Assembly: GCA_051362555.1 (NCBI GenBank) | Contig: CM120643.1 | Location: 26,416,848 to 26,480,847, forward strand | Reading direction: 5' to 3' | DNA: 64,000 nt | From: Lingula anatina | Lineage: Eukaryota; Animalia; Brachiopoda | Translations under genes and position numbers: made by a program | Notes under the pieces: generated by a model | The model's input: only the letters and a program-made list of their open reading frames with translations | The model's database searches: none | What the model was told of the DNA's origin: nothing | Shown: positions 48,501-62,740 of the stretch, piece by piece | Layout of the letters: the number at the start of each line of letters is the position of its first letter | How positions within the stretch are numbered: position 1 is the stretch's first letter

Positions 48501-51500
48501 GGTGACCGAGGGTGACTATTTGGTGACGGTGAGCACAACACTCAAAGATACACCAAATATATGTGATAAATCAGCCTGTGCACATTAACAATTTATAAAT
48601 CAATCACTGCCTCATAATTTCTCTGCCATTACAAAGCCACATTCACTTTGCATTTAAAATCACGACAAGCAAGCATCTAAAATAAGAGCTTATTAAAATC
48701 ATGCTGTGCAAATTTATAGGAAATCATCAAAACTGGACACAAACATATAATATAGCATGCCTATTATTAAGCCAAATTAAAATGCAATGACCCATGGTGC
48801 ATTAAAAGCAAAATTACTAAGGCACAAAGCAACTGCCTTTCTTTACCTTCATGTTGATTTTTATTGTATTTTTTTTTTGTCAAAAACAATCAATTTCATT
48901 AAAAATTTATTTGGATTTTACCAAGGTACATGCAGTTGATATTGTTAAGGAGTTAATTTAAAGTATAATCACAATAATGCATTCTTTGTAGGGGAAATAA
49001 ATGGATCACGAAAACATGTGCATCATTCACACTAGCAAAACACATAGCAAACAACAAACACCACCACAGCGCCATCTAGAGTCTTGCCTGGTATGCCACT
49101 GCTGCTGCCCCCTGGTGTCCATGCATGCTGTGGAGGGCAGCAGTGCTCGCCTCCAGTTCACGCACAGCAGCTGCTAAGTCTAAACAATGCCCACTCTCCT
49201 GAGAGAGGAGGAAAGAAATGGTTAAGATCAAGCCAATACTTCTCACGATTTATTTCTTACAAATTATCACAAAACTCCACCACCTGTGTAAACTTATGCT
49301 CCTATTACATGCCAGGGTCGTATATATCTTTATCCCATGCTATACCATTAGCATCCAAATGCATTCAAATACTCATGCCACTCAACACGACAAAACTTAC
49401 TTTTTACTACACTGGATTTCTATTATTCTTATGTTTACAATAATTCAGTACTAAACCACACTATTGTAATATGACATGATCACTACCAGCATGCCATTTG
49501 ATGTTCATTTTCAACAAGCAGGAAGAACATGTAAGCAAGCAATAAGCCCATATTGAGGGTAGTCTGTAACAACACCCACTGGTCTAGACAGTTGATATGT
49601 AGATTTAGAATAGGAATAGCAACATAAAATAATTTTTTCCAAGTAACTTCCAGTTAATTCTTATGGAAATTTTGGCACTTGTTTAAAATCTTCCTCACAT
49701 TATCTAAAAAATTCCATCTTTGGACCAATTAGTTCTATTTTAGACAAAGTCTGAAAAGTGTAAGGTACAGACTGCAAGGATAACATGTTAGTAGCAGAAG
49801 TAATTTTTGAGCTCCATCTGCTGATGCAACAAGGAATACATTCACACTACTGGTTTTCAATAAACTGTCACCCCTTCCACTGACATATTCAAGTGACAGT
49901 AAAAAGACAGTGACATTTCAGTGTCACCTATCATAAAGTGACACCAGCACAACCTTCTGTCATAATGTGTTCAGGTGACTGATGTGTCACTGACATTCCA
50001 CCGTCACCTGTCACAGCACGACGTCACCACATCTTGTGATGCAGACGTTAAGTATTTATGGCATTCACTATCTGGGACAACTTTGGCATCTTAACCACAT
50101 ATGCTACTTCAATATATAATGAACACCACAAACAGCATATTTTGATTTTTCCCTTAATGAAAGCACTGCTACAGTCATGGTTGGGGGGGGGGGGGGAGGG
50201 GGATCTTTTCCCTCCTCTCAACCCCTCCCCTCTTCCTCTTAACTTTTCCTGCCCTTCACAAAAAATCCCGAAAAAAGAGAAGAAATTAAAAAAATGGTAG
50301 TAAATTCTCATCCCAATAAGAAAGTAATTTTTAATGCACCAAACAAAAAAATCTGGCCCATCTTGTTGTCACATGGGAACTCACCTCTGCAGCTCCCTCT
50401 GTAGGGGTTTGTGCCGTCTGTGGCGTAGTATTGCCGTTGACCTCGGGTCTACCATGTCCTGTTATTCTGGCGATTTCTTCCATGTTCATGTATGTGGCCT
50501 GCTGAAGTTCTAAATAATAATAATAATTATAATTATCATTATTAAAATAAATGGTTAAAATAAGCTATTGAAAAACAATACTGATTTACTAACAAACCTC
50601 AACTTTTAATTGATGTAACGTAAGGTTAATTTTACACAAGAAAACTTTGAAATAGCAGATAACTTTAAATAAAAATTCAAGAAGGAAAAAATAAAATGGA
50701 ATAAAACAAGCTTTAAACTACCATTAGTGTTAGTGTAAATTACATTTAAAAGACTAGGTTAAATGAACTTAAAAAAAAAGACTAACTAAAACAAGATAGG
50801 AAGAGAAAGACACAAATGCCTGTACTTGAACAAGACTAGAGTAACATAACATTTAGAGCAGAACATAACAAGCATTGTCATGCCCAGATCATTCATCCTT
50901 TCATTCATTTCTTTCTTCTTTCATTCATTTTTATATATACCTTCATTCCTTCATCAAAGGAAAATGCATATTAACTTAATTATTTCTGACAACTAAATTA
51001 AAACAGAAAAAGCTATTACAGTTAAACAACAATAAGAAGATTGTAAAAAACAAACATAACTCATTTTCACACAGCCAAAAAATACACTACAAAATGTCCT
51101 CTACAAATTAGTATACCACCCATCAAATTCCCCACAACTAATGTTACTGCTATCAGTCTTGTTTGTGCACACGTAATGTGTCTTTACCCTCCTCCGTGTC
51201 TTCTGAGAATTCATCCTTACTGTGACCCAATCCGGGTACCGTGGGGGTCTGAACTGGCTTGGGTTTCGGTTTCGGTCCAGTAGGGGGCCTGATGTCCCTC
51301 ATCACTTGGGGCCTGTTTGGCTTGGCATAGATCGCCTGAACTTGAGGCTGCCTGGGGGCGCTGACGTGGAGCCCGATGTTAGGCGTCTGGTAGTGGCTGG
51401 CGCTGGGTGGGGTCGGAGGTCGGTCTTGGCCACCAGGGGTCAGGGTGCGGTCCAGCAACTCATTTGTGTCTGGAGGCTCAAAAGTCTGTGATGTCAATGG

Positions 51501-53803
51501 TGGCCGGGTGTGGTTCTTCTCGTAGGCTGTGGAGATGGTGTGTGGGCGTTCAAATTCCTGCGTGGGATCCTTGCGGACATGCGGAGGGTCAGGCCAGTTG
51601 GACCAGGTAGAAGTGGCAGAGGGTGGGGCAGGGTAGGGGGAACACGGGGTGGACGCGTTACTGGAGTCAGCTGTACTACTGCCACTACTGTTCTCTTGCG
51701 CTGGCACCTGGAGAGAAATTATCACAAATATCAACATGTGATGCCACAACAAATACAAGTGCACTTACCAAAAACCTAAATTTTCTTTGAAATATTTATG
51801 AAATTTTCATCGCACATTTTGTGCACATGGCATAGGATTTTTTTAAAATCTGCATTCGTTTCTGTGCAGCACCCACAAAACCTACCCTCCATTGGCCAAG
51901 AAATCCATTCAAGCAACATGCTGAGAATGCCTCATGTCATATATGTTTACCACAGAGATGATAAATAAAATCATACTTCATATACAACAAATAAGTTACA
52001 GCGTAAGCTTACATGAAGTCGGGTGAAAAAAAAATAAGTGAGAAAAATCATCATAATAGAGAGATTAGCAGCAATAATCCAAATGTATTACAAACCAAAA
52101 TCCTTTTTAAAATCTTAGAAAAAAAAAATCAGCCCGTGGAAGAGAAAATTAAATGGTGTAAAATTTGCTTACACTTGGTCCAACTCATACCTGTCGTTTG
52201 AAGTCTGGCGCGGGTGGAGTGAGGGGTTTCAGAAACAACGTGTCTTGCGACGTGAAGCCCGAATCTTGAGAAGAAACGCTGGACAGCCTCATAGTCCCCG
52301 GCATTGCAAGTTGCTATAATGCAAGAAACAAGGGCTAGTGTAAGCAAACACACCAATAGATGGAGACACCTGCTCAAGCAAACTCACCAATAGATGGAGG
52401 CACAAGCAAACTGCACAGGAAGCCATTCAATGCATGATTACATATAAATGAGTGTATAATTTGTCAAAACTTAATACCTTTTAAGCATATAAATATCATT
52501 TATTTTTTGTGAGTTAAGCATGTGGGAATAATAAAATTCTATGGTGCACTATCAACAAGATTGTTATTTGAAAACAAAAACCTGGATTATAAACCTAGTT
52601 CTTCAAATACTACAACAGAATCTTATTGAGGGTTAAGTGCATGTTGATCATGGATGAATTTGCAAGAATTCCATTTCTTAATCCTGAAGTTGCCCCTTTG
52701 TAATTTTGTAGCAGCAGTAAGAAAGATAGGTTCTAAAGGGGTTACACATATACTATATATAGCGCATATGTTAATGCACACACATACAGGAGTATGAGTA
52801 CATGTCCACAATAAAACACTAAATAATGCACTGCTAGAACAACATGAGCTCAAATGTAAATATATGTGCCCATTCTACCGAATATTTTCTACTGCCCGAT
52901 TTACCTAAGCTGACTTCTTGAGGGATGTATGTTTTGTTTAATTTGTTTGTCTTTATTGCATGTGTATAGGAATGAATTTGAACTGCATATGAAAGTTTGC
53001 ATAAAAGATATGGATATTTGTCAATTTCACATTGTGTAGTTTTTTTTTTTTTTTTTGAGTGTTGATTATGGTGGTTTTGTAGTGGAAACTACATTAGTTT
53101 GATGAACACCTATGTGCGCGTGAAGGGATCTAACCTGTGTTAGGATTTTTACAGCGAATTTATGTTGGCTGGAAGAGCTCTACTGGATCACTGCAGGTGC
53201 TATACATATCAGAGTATCCATGCATAGGCATGTGCATGAATGTGTTTACTATGTGTGTATGGGGCTGTCTTACCTTGTTGGGTTCTTATAGCATAAATGA
53301 TGATAGACGGGAGAGTGAAATTTACTGGCGCCGCTGGAGGAGCTAAACATGTGTGTGGGACTTTCTTACCTGTGCCGGGATCTTATGGTGTGTGAAATTT
53401 ACTGCCACCACAGGAGGAAGAGGAGGGGGAGGGGGAAGAGGAGGGGGAGGAAGAGTGTGTGCGTGTGCGTGCGCGCACGTACGGATGGCATGAGTGAGTG
53501 GGTCCACATGACTTACCTGTGTCGGGTTCTTATAGCGTATATGATGATGGCTGGGAGAGTGAGATTTACTGGAGCCACTGGAGGAGCTGGTCATGCTGCT
53601 TATACTGCACATACTGGACTTTCTGGACCCCAGGGAGCTGGGGGAGCTGGGGGGTGTCTGGAATACATGGGGATATGGGCATTAACATTGAGCAATATCA
53701 TAGTTATGATTATCTTTATATACCAGCAGTATCTTAGGATAAAAGCCATTAAGGTTCATAATAATATACACAAAACTGAGGAAGTATGGAAATCTATTGA
53801 TAA

Positions 53804-53849
<46 letters not shown>

Positions 53850-53895
53850 CAACCTGTGCTAAGTACTTTATGACAGAAGCCTTTAAGTTTATGGA

Positions 53896-53934
<39 letters not shown>

Positions 53935-56900
53935 ACTAGAGGATCAGAGAGGCGATACCGCCTCCGGATATTGTACCACCAGCTGGAGTAAGCGCATTCA
54001 AATGGAACCACCCCCCCCCCCCCCCCAAAAAAAAAGGGACACCACAACCAGTCTTGTCCTTGACAAGCTCTATGCAATAAACAAGAATTTTCAAAATATG
54101 CAAAAAAAAAACAAAAATGAAAAAACAACATACAAAAGGTCCAATCAAGCGGATTTTCCAATTGGCCTGTATTTTCCTAACATTGATCACTCCTGTGATT
54201 TTCTAGACACTAGGCCTATTAGTTTTCCTTGAAATGTGTTATCAGTGTTGCATATATGCTGACAAAAGAGAAAACGTAAGGGCAACACTGAGCATATCTC
54301 TGCTAGTTTTGAAGATATGAGGGGCAAGAAAATATGCAATGGTCAGTTCATGGTATATGATTTCCTATTCAAGTTAATTAGTAACTATGGGTATCTCCTT
54401 GCTAATTTTGGAGATAAAGAGGCCAGAAAACATGCAAAGTACAGTTTATCATAAAAAGTAGGTCAAAGGTCAATTTCAAGGTCACAGTTAGATTGCCAGT
54501 ATATGACTTCCTGTTCAGGTTCAATAGTAACTATGGGTGTATCTCTGCCAGTTTTCTAGATATAGGGGAGATAATTTTTGCAAAGTTCAGTTCATGGTGA
54601 AAAGTAGGTCAAAGGTCAATTTCAAGGTCACAGTTAGATTATCAGTATATGACTTCCTATTCAAGTTCAATAGTAACTAAGGGCTTATCTCTGCTAATTT
54701 TTGAGTAATTCACATTTCATTTTCACCAATGAATTTTGGATGTTGAATTTTTTGATATAGTGCAATGCCTAAGCCGTATTAAAAACAAAAAAAATGGACA
54801 CCAACCCCAGTGTTGCCCTTGACAAGTTCTACAAAATGCAAAAAACAAGAGTTCTCTAGCATTAACGGTTCCAGAATTAGAGAGAATTTTCAGTTTCAGC
54901 ATCTAATGGCCGCTACTACCATGAAAATGCACCGATTGACCCCAAACTCACGAAAATGAAAGATGACCCTAAGGGTAACACCTGCCCATAATATTATAGG
55001 TAAGATATGTTTCGTTTTTTAAATATCGGCTGAAATAAAAATTTTCTCGCAAAAAATTCCCATTTTTAGAAAATTTTGGCCCGTTTGACCTTGAAATAAA
55101 GGTCAAAGGTCAAATCCAAGGGCATATTTGAAATCCTCACATATGACTTTTGGTCAGCCATCTGTAGTAATTTTTCCCATAATTCCATTGGTTTGGGAGA
55201 TATTTAGCATTGAATTTTCAAAATTTTTGACAAGGGTGCATTTCAACGAGCGTCACGCCCAGGTCAATGCACCAACTGAGACAAAAAAACCTGGGGGTTC
55301 AAGTTGAGATTATATGTGACCCAAATCCAAGAGATGGGGACACAGGTCCTTGCGGTCTAGGAGGAGAAGCGGTAACGGTGACTCGTATCCCACGTCATCC
55401 TGCGGAGCCGCAGGAGCCGGCGGAGCCGGCGGAGCTGTACGAGACGGGTCGGGACTAAAACCATGAGTACCGCCAGCGTACACGCTGGTGGTACTAATAA
55501 TATACACCTGTGTGATATCTTTTATGACAAAAGTCTTTAATATAACCTTTGTAATAACATACGAAACTGGAAGAATCCGGAAATAAATTAACAAACGTTC
55601 AATGAACACCCCCTCCTGTACCTGATAAGACCAGGTGTGGTTATCTGATCCCTTGAGGTCCACAATAACCTGTTCACTGGACGCTGGTAGCTGGTTGGGG
55701 TCCTGACACTGCTGGTACAAGATGTCCAGGATCTCCTGAAGGTGGGTCACCTCTGTCAGCATCGAGATCTCTTCATCCTGGAGTAAAGGTGTCCGTTTAG
55801 TAATATGATTTTTATTATGTCATTGTGTTTTGTTAATGACATGGATGTCACCTTTGAATTATTATTATTATGATTATAATAACTTTATTATTATTTTTAA
55901 TATCTCATGCATAGAGATTTATTAAACCTGGAAATATTATCATCATTATTGTTATTAATATTTTAACATTAAATAATAATATTTATGTGTCATTATGGAA
56001 TTATTATTATCATTATTATACTATCATCATCATCGTTGTTGTCGTTTTTCGTTATGTTATGGACTGAGTGTGAACATTCCTGGTATCACATTAATACATA
56101 CCACAACAGGTTTTAAACAACCCAAGAATTGACAGAAACGACTTCTTTCTTCAATGAGTGCGTTTCTGACAGCTTGTTTTTCCGTCTCCTCCAGCAGAAG
56201 ATACTTGTCGTTCACGTCCTGCATGGCGTTGTCCAGTCGCGTCTGTATATCACATTTGCCTGGAAAATTCAAAACCAAATTATCAATGAAGGACACAAAG
56301 TGGCTATTTTTTTCTTATTTTTTTTTCATACCTCTCATGGCAATTCAATGTAGCTAAATACACCACTGCTGAGCTTATTTTGTACAATACATACATTTAT
56401 CATTTAAAACTAAGACAGACTCAAATGTATCTACTAAGAACATCATTTCTTCAGTTCTCTGAAAGCATAGTCAAGTATATTCAAGTCAAATCAATAATTA
56501 CAGTGGCATATTTGGAATTTCACACAAAAAAATGCAGATTTTTTGTATTTCCTCTCAAATTATTGTGTCAATATTGGTCCAGCTTGATTATTGAAATATT
56601 TGCAGATCATATTTTTTTAAAGAGAGGAAACTGGTTTGTAACACTATTTGGATTATTCCGGAAACTTGTCACTGGATAAAGACTGGCATTACCTTTCCTG
56701 GCTTTCTTCTGTAGCCTGATAGTGTCCGAGGATGCCTTCTTGATCTCCTGTCGCGCTCGCTTGTATTCTGAAACAACAGTAAGAGAAGGCTTAGTTACAC
56801 AATGCAAACTCCAAACTCCAATGGCCAAACAGTGGACCTATTATTCTCCATGTATCTTTCAAATAAATTCTCTCGGAAGATTGTGACTGGAATTTGACCA

Positions 56901-59900
56901 TTCAAAATATCCAAAATATCCAGCTCAAAAGGACTGAATTTGAGGTCCAATACTTCTGAAATGGAAGCAAACCTGGTAAAATGTCAATCTGAGGTGGCAT
57001 GTTGAATAAAACAAATCACACAAAACAGACAGGAATGTAAAACAATTGCCCTGACTTTTATGATTTCACAGCATTGGGGATATTTTACAAAATTTCATAA
57101 AAACAATGGACAACAACGTCAAGTCTGTTTGGAATTTTCTTCTCATGTGACATAAAAGGCAACCATAAATAGACTTAATGGACTATAGTTTTCCTTTGAT
57201 TAATATCAGAAGATTGACATTCAATATGTTTTTGGGGATTCAAAGTTTCAACAAATTAATTTAAATTGAAATAGAAGTGGTCATTTTATTCAAAATTTAC
57301 TGAGAAAAATTGATTTAAATGATAATTCCACCAGAAAGGAATCAATCTAAAATCAAAGCCCAAAAGCAATATTCTGTTCCCAGTTACACATAATGTCAAA
57401 CTGCTCACAAAAGGTCACCAACGATGATGCAGATAAACCAAATTAATAGTTAAACGTCTCCTCCATAAATGTGTGATTGATTGGTTGTGGATTGTGGTTT
57501 CAGCAAACAATCTGACCAGAGAAACCCATTAAAACACAGGGTTCTTATCAGCTGTGGAAGTGGACAGATGGCAGGGATCTAACAGGGATAGAACAGCTGG
57601 GAAAGATACAATTTTTGTGATGAAATTGGAAAACGGGAAATTGCCCCCCCCCCCTTCCCTTCTTGGGATATTTTATGTAAAAAATTAAGAAGAAATCTGG
57701 TTCCCCCCCCCCCCCCCCCAGTCCCCATACAGGATATTTTTAATCTCATTTGATCTCCGTTCACAGTAGAGGCTAATTTTTTTACATTAAAGCATGACTT
57801 ATAGCTGATAGTTAAAAATATCACTGTGTGCATGTGAAGGTGTGCGTGCATGCATGTTAAAAATACATTTCACATCTACACCAGCAAAGACCAGTTAATC
57901 TTGGGGCTTTTTTTGTTAATTATCAACCAGCACAATAATAACCCACTTCTCCTTAAAAGACTTCTTAACTGATACCTATATAAGGAAATTAACCCTGAAA
58001 ATCCCCATTAAACAGTGTGAACAAGTTCATATGATGGACCACAAATAACCCTTATTTCTGGGTGAATACCCTTTCTGGATGAAAATCCCAATCAATGTTA
58101 AGCCTACATAAAGCCAGCTTTAGCACTTACTAAAACTATCCTCATACAAATTCTTTACATCTATCTATTTCTGGACTTATGACGTCTAACGATGCTTTAT
58201 TTATGGCTATGATGAGCCTATGTCCTCATCACAGGAATATTGGCAGGTGCATTATCTATTAACATACTAAAATAGATATAAATAAATAAATATTCCGTGT
58301 TCTCTGACTGGTGATAATTCAACTGACAGAGGAGACCTTTAGAACGAAATAAAAGAAATGAAAAATTTCAACTATCTTCTCTAAATTTGCCACTGATTTA
58401 GTCCAAAGTGATTTGGCTTAAAAATTTTTTCTTTTAAATCTTAGAATGAGCCCTAATGTTGGTTGTTGGTCTAAAATCTGCCATAGTGTTTGTAATAAGT
58501 CTTGTCCATCAGTTTATTGAGTTCAACAATATGGAGAGAGAGGCTTCAGTTGATTTCCCTAGAGGCTATTTGTTACACATATCATGATAGGATATGTACC
58601 TGTAGACCATTGATTCTGAAGGTCAGAGAGAATTTGCTTCTGGAAAATGTCTTTTGGGTATGAGTTGTTGCAGATAAAGAGACTTCTGGATGCATTCACA
58701 TTTCTTGCATTCTTTTAAATCTATTAAATCTATTAAATCATTCATTAATATTGGTGATTGGTGTACATATTAATAAGGCCAGATAATTTACATAAATAAA
58801 TAAGATGTCAAATCAAGACCCACCTTTAGCATGTTCTTTATCCAGGTGTGCCACTGTCTTCTTCCAGTCTTCCATCTTCTCTTGTAAAGGTGTCACCATG
58901 CCGTCCATCAGACAACTACAGGGGAAGACGAAAGAAATAACATACATGTTATGATAAACTATCATAATATCACTTGGAAAACTTAATATGTGTGTGTGTG
59001 TGTGTGTTTTTTTGTGTGCATGTGCATGTGCAGCCATGCATCCCAGCGCGAAACATGTTTAAGGGCACGATGGGGGTGGTCATGATTGAAAAATAACACT
59101 CAGAAGTTCTGTTTATTTTACAACAAACTGCTATAACAGCTTATGCAATCATATAGTTATAATCATAAACACTTCATCTATATGCTAGTGGAATTGTAGG
59201 GTCCTTAGTGAGTTAGATTAGTAAAAATTACACACAGAACTGTAAATCCAGACCTCGTTCTACAAGATATCTGGAGAAGGAAGGAAGGAGGGAAGGAGGA
59301 GAGGTTAACTCCACAGGGAATCAATACAGTCTGGGGTTGAACTGCCTCATTGATTAGACTGCTCCAGATCTGCTTCTGATCAATTTCACGAACGTGCACG
59401 GCAACTTTGTGAGACTGCACCCAAATACCTGGGATCAATACAGTGACACACTACGATACGTAGATGTGTGTGCGTGTGCTTGTTTGAGTGCATGCAGGGC
59501 TGATTTTACGGAGGCTTGTTTCACAAAATGACTGTGTAAAAAATTCCAACTTCACGAAATCTGCTAAAAATTTCACCCAAGTAATTAGATTTTCAGTTTC
59601 TAGAAGACTGCTCATCTCATTTTTTTCACTCTTTGAACTAAGTCTCTGGGGCATATTGTGAATGTCTTGTCCTACTAAGTGAAACATGGGCAAATATCAG
59701 TGCAAAGATGTTAAAAGAAAGAGCAAACATTAGGATATGAAAACGAACTGACAAAAAACATTAGAGCTTTATCTTTATCCCTAGAGTGCCACTGTTTTCT
59801 GGTATGTCTTAAGTTCCAGCGTGTGTGTGCATGTTGGACAATCAAGGTAACAGACAGGTGTAACATCTTCAGACACCTTTACTCAACACCCACAAACATA

Positions 59901-59986
59901 CCTTGTGAAGGACTTGAGTTTGTTCTCTATACTTTTGTGGCGTAGACATAGTCTTGTGAGAGCAGATCCGATATCTCTGGTAGCAC
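45524..59986 (-). CDS. MTSS1: MTSS1/Missing-in-metastasis (I-BAR/IMD + WH2), partial; first exons not found in window
   Basis: Exons (-): 59986-59902 (GATRDIGSALTRLCLRHKSIE), 58915-58824 (PLQEKMEDWKK..LDKEHAK), 56767-56693 (EYKRARQEIKK), 56259-56102 (LIEERSRFC), 55777-55622, 53657-53517 (TPPSSPS..SRKSSMCS), 52313-52191 (RLSSVSSQDSGF), 51707-51188, 50509-50385, 48104-47924 (LQCSSGYGT), 46791-46666 (STIPRN..KRPASTA), 46254-45524 (WH2: DMLSQIRMGITLKKTVCNDRSAPRI). Confidence 0.95.
49076..49198 (-). CDS. MTSS1: MTSS1 candidate alternative exon (diverged duplicate of the start of exon 48104-47924)
   Basis: Strong acceptor TTTCTTTCCTCCTCTCTCAG|ESGHCLDLAAAVRELEASTAALHSMHGHQGAAAVAYQ, then CAG|GCAAGA (possible GC donor, 49088/49087) or read-through ARL-stop. 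Confidence 0.65.
   Translation of the reverse strand, partial: ESGHCLDLAAAVRELEASTAALHSMHGHQGAAAVAYQARL
53131..53590 (-). repeat. Three degenerate tandem copies of an MTSS1 exon 3' end plus donor site
   Basis: Copies at ~53131-53201, 53270-53345 and 53365-53420 resemble 53511-53590. Confidence 0.75.
53935..55500 (-). mobile_element. Helentron/HINE-like non-autonomous element
   Basis: One end has AGTACCGCCAGCGTACACGCTGGTGGTACT (hairpin) + (GCGGAGCCG)n. The other end has GTACCACCAGC, hairpin GAGGCG-ATAC-CGCCTC and CTAG next to an (AAAT)n run. Internal ~147-bp repeats (AAAAGTAGGTCAAAGGTCAATTTCAAGGTCA at ~54454 and ~54600). Confidence 0.75.
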
Positions 59987-62740
59987 CTAGAAATAGAAAA
60001 CCAAACCACGTGAATAAACACGTTAACACGCGTGTTACAGCATGCCATATTACACGACACAGTATGCATGATATAACACACTCGTGTACTGAGTACATCA
60101 AGCAGTGGTCTTATAACACTTAAACAAAAGGTTCCTGATCTATTTTTGCATTAAAACCATTCTCTCTCTGCAGGAATATTGATCTTGGCAAGAGAACATA
60201 AATCTGGTGATATAATCTAAATTGCTATCTTATAAAACACTAGAAAGCAATTTCATAAGAAAGGGAAAAATTACTTCTCAGAACAACAAACTGAGAGTCA
60301 TCTTTAACACACAGAATAACATTTTTCTTTGATAATCCAGGTATTAAAATTCTATGGTATTCAGTAATCAAGTAATAATTCTTTCACATTCAGGGTAATA
60401 GTTTTAGCTAAATCTCTCAGCCGCTAACAATTGAATCATGCTTGTAAAAAATCAAAATACGCATGCAGATATATGCAGTTATGTACACAGGATGATGCAT
60501 GTATATATATATAAATAAAGTGGATTATGAACAGTATTTATAACGAGAGAGAGAGAGAGAGAGATGCACAATCACAAAAACAACATTTTTTCACATCTGT
60601 CTGGCCAGATCATCAAATACCATTAGGCAGGACAAATGCCCCATAAAACTGGACATTAACTAGAGGGTCAATAGGTGGGCAATACGGACACCATTAAGCA
60701 CATCAAAGCCAGGTAGAAGTCAGGCAAATTGGACATTAATTGAAGAGCCATTCCATCATGGTCTGGACCAGGACGCCAATATTTTTCTCCTCGCTCTTCC
60801 CTGACAAGTCCCTAGCGGGTGATCAAGCATAGAAAAACCTGGCTATTATAGGTTAATTGGATTATCAGAAGGAGGCTGCGGCTGCCGCTGGTTATCAAGG
60901 AAGAGAAGTGCAGAAAAAAAAGAGAGAAGGTGACCTGCGATATAAACAACAACTTGGACAGCAATTAACAGACACTCATCTTCAGCCAGACAGATACTTT
61001 CTTACTTTTACAACATCAGGGCACTACTGACAGTACACCAGGCCCCTGAGCAGTATAACAATAATATAATACCAATACTGATTATTATACATCATACAGC
61101 CATAAGAAATGCATACCAGGCCTCTATACTGGATAATGCCGATGAAATATAGGCTTTAAGGGCTATGGACTCTTTGATCTGTGATAGGCACCAAACTGGA
61201 GCACAATGAATGTGCTATGTGTGGTATGGCTATCAATCTTCCCCCTAAAAACTAATGAAAAACCGTCTCTCCGCTGACTTAAGAACCTCTTAATAGAACA
61301 TCATCTCTGTCTATTCAACATAAATTATACACATATCCAAAGAGGACACCATAAAATCAAAATTGCTGTCCCATAGTAAGACTACAAAAGTACAATGAGT
61401 ACACTCGTAGTTCTATTTTCCAATGTTTGATAAGTTTTGGCACTATTTTTTCTATACTACTTATTTGTACACATAGGTCTATGTGAACACTGCACAGTTG
61501 GTGACACACACAGAGAAATGTTTCCCTGCCCTGCTACAGAGTGACTTCCATCATGTCTTATTTATTATCAACAGAAACAAACTGACACCATTCACCACAC
61601 TGAACATTTTCAAAGTCAATTTTTCCATAAGAGTAAGGCAACTTTGTCTTTTCCCTTAGAGAAGTGAAATCAGCCTGAAAACCCAGCCATAATGTACTCA
61701 ATGTCTGTTTTTAGAATGCCATTGTACCTTTAAGTCAAGGAAAACAAATTTGTACCATTCTTCCCCTCAAGTTAGACATTAGTAGGCTAAATAGGAATAG
61801 CAGGCTAAATAAAAATCCCCCCATCATCCCATTATAAAGTAACTTGTCTTCTACCAATATTGTTATACCCTAAAGAGGGTTGTTGAATTTGGTGACAGGT
61901 CCTTGTTATTCAGACAGACATTGAGAGAAACTGTCCTACAATAACCTCTGAATACAGACAGGTGCCAGGAGGAAGTAGGGTCAAGTCGCACAAATAAGAT
62001 AATTTCAAGGTCAACACTGCCCGAATTTGCCTCCAGAACACCAACATTATCATGGAAAATATATTTCTCGTTAATTCTGCCTAAGTAAGCCATTATTTAT
62101 AATGCATACAGGATATTTTGACAGGTATGTGTTGGACACTGTATGGACTAAAGGGACCCCTACTGGACTTGAGATGTCTCATGGTGTGGATGCCATTGAC
62201 AACACACTGTCCACAAAATTCATGTCATTTACTTCCAAGTATTTTTTTTTTTTACAACTGTCAAATGGTTACTTCATTCTTTTTATTCCAACTTTTTGGG
62301 AGGTTGGGGGAATAATGAAGAGTCAAAAGGGAAGAAGGCATGTTAAAAATCTCATGTCTACAAGCCTACAAATCATCTTTTTACTCGTTACACAATGTCA
62401 TAAAAACTTCTTCACTTTAAATCACTGATGAGAACACCTTGGCATGCAGTATATGATCTTACTGGCAGACAACAATATATATATACTGACAATCCCCACA
62501 GTTAGATAATAAAATACAGCCCATAGTATAAACACACATCTCAATACATGATGCATTCCTACCAGACTTAATCCACAATGCCTGTCAGGGGGAGGTAAAC
62601 AAACAATTGCACTTGGAATTCTGAGGTCAATCCGCCACAATTCTGTGTAAACACGCCTCTCAGGCTGTGTAGGATAGTGAATCAATATCAACATAGACAG
62701 ATTCAAAATACCTAAATTTGGTGATAGTGTCAATAATTAC

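Noticed and set aside
55310-55621. Pro/Ala-rich extension of the MTSS1 ORF (APPAPPAPAAP)
   Set aside because: Lies past the donor at 55622 and comes from the microsatellite of the HINE-like element.
1-59986. Functional cluster of tyrosine-kinase signalling genes (PLC-gamma, DOK-like, MTSS1)
   Set aside because: Adjacency alone is weak evidence in an animal genome, and synteny cannot be tested from this window.
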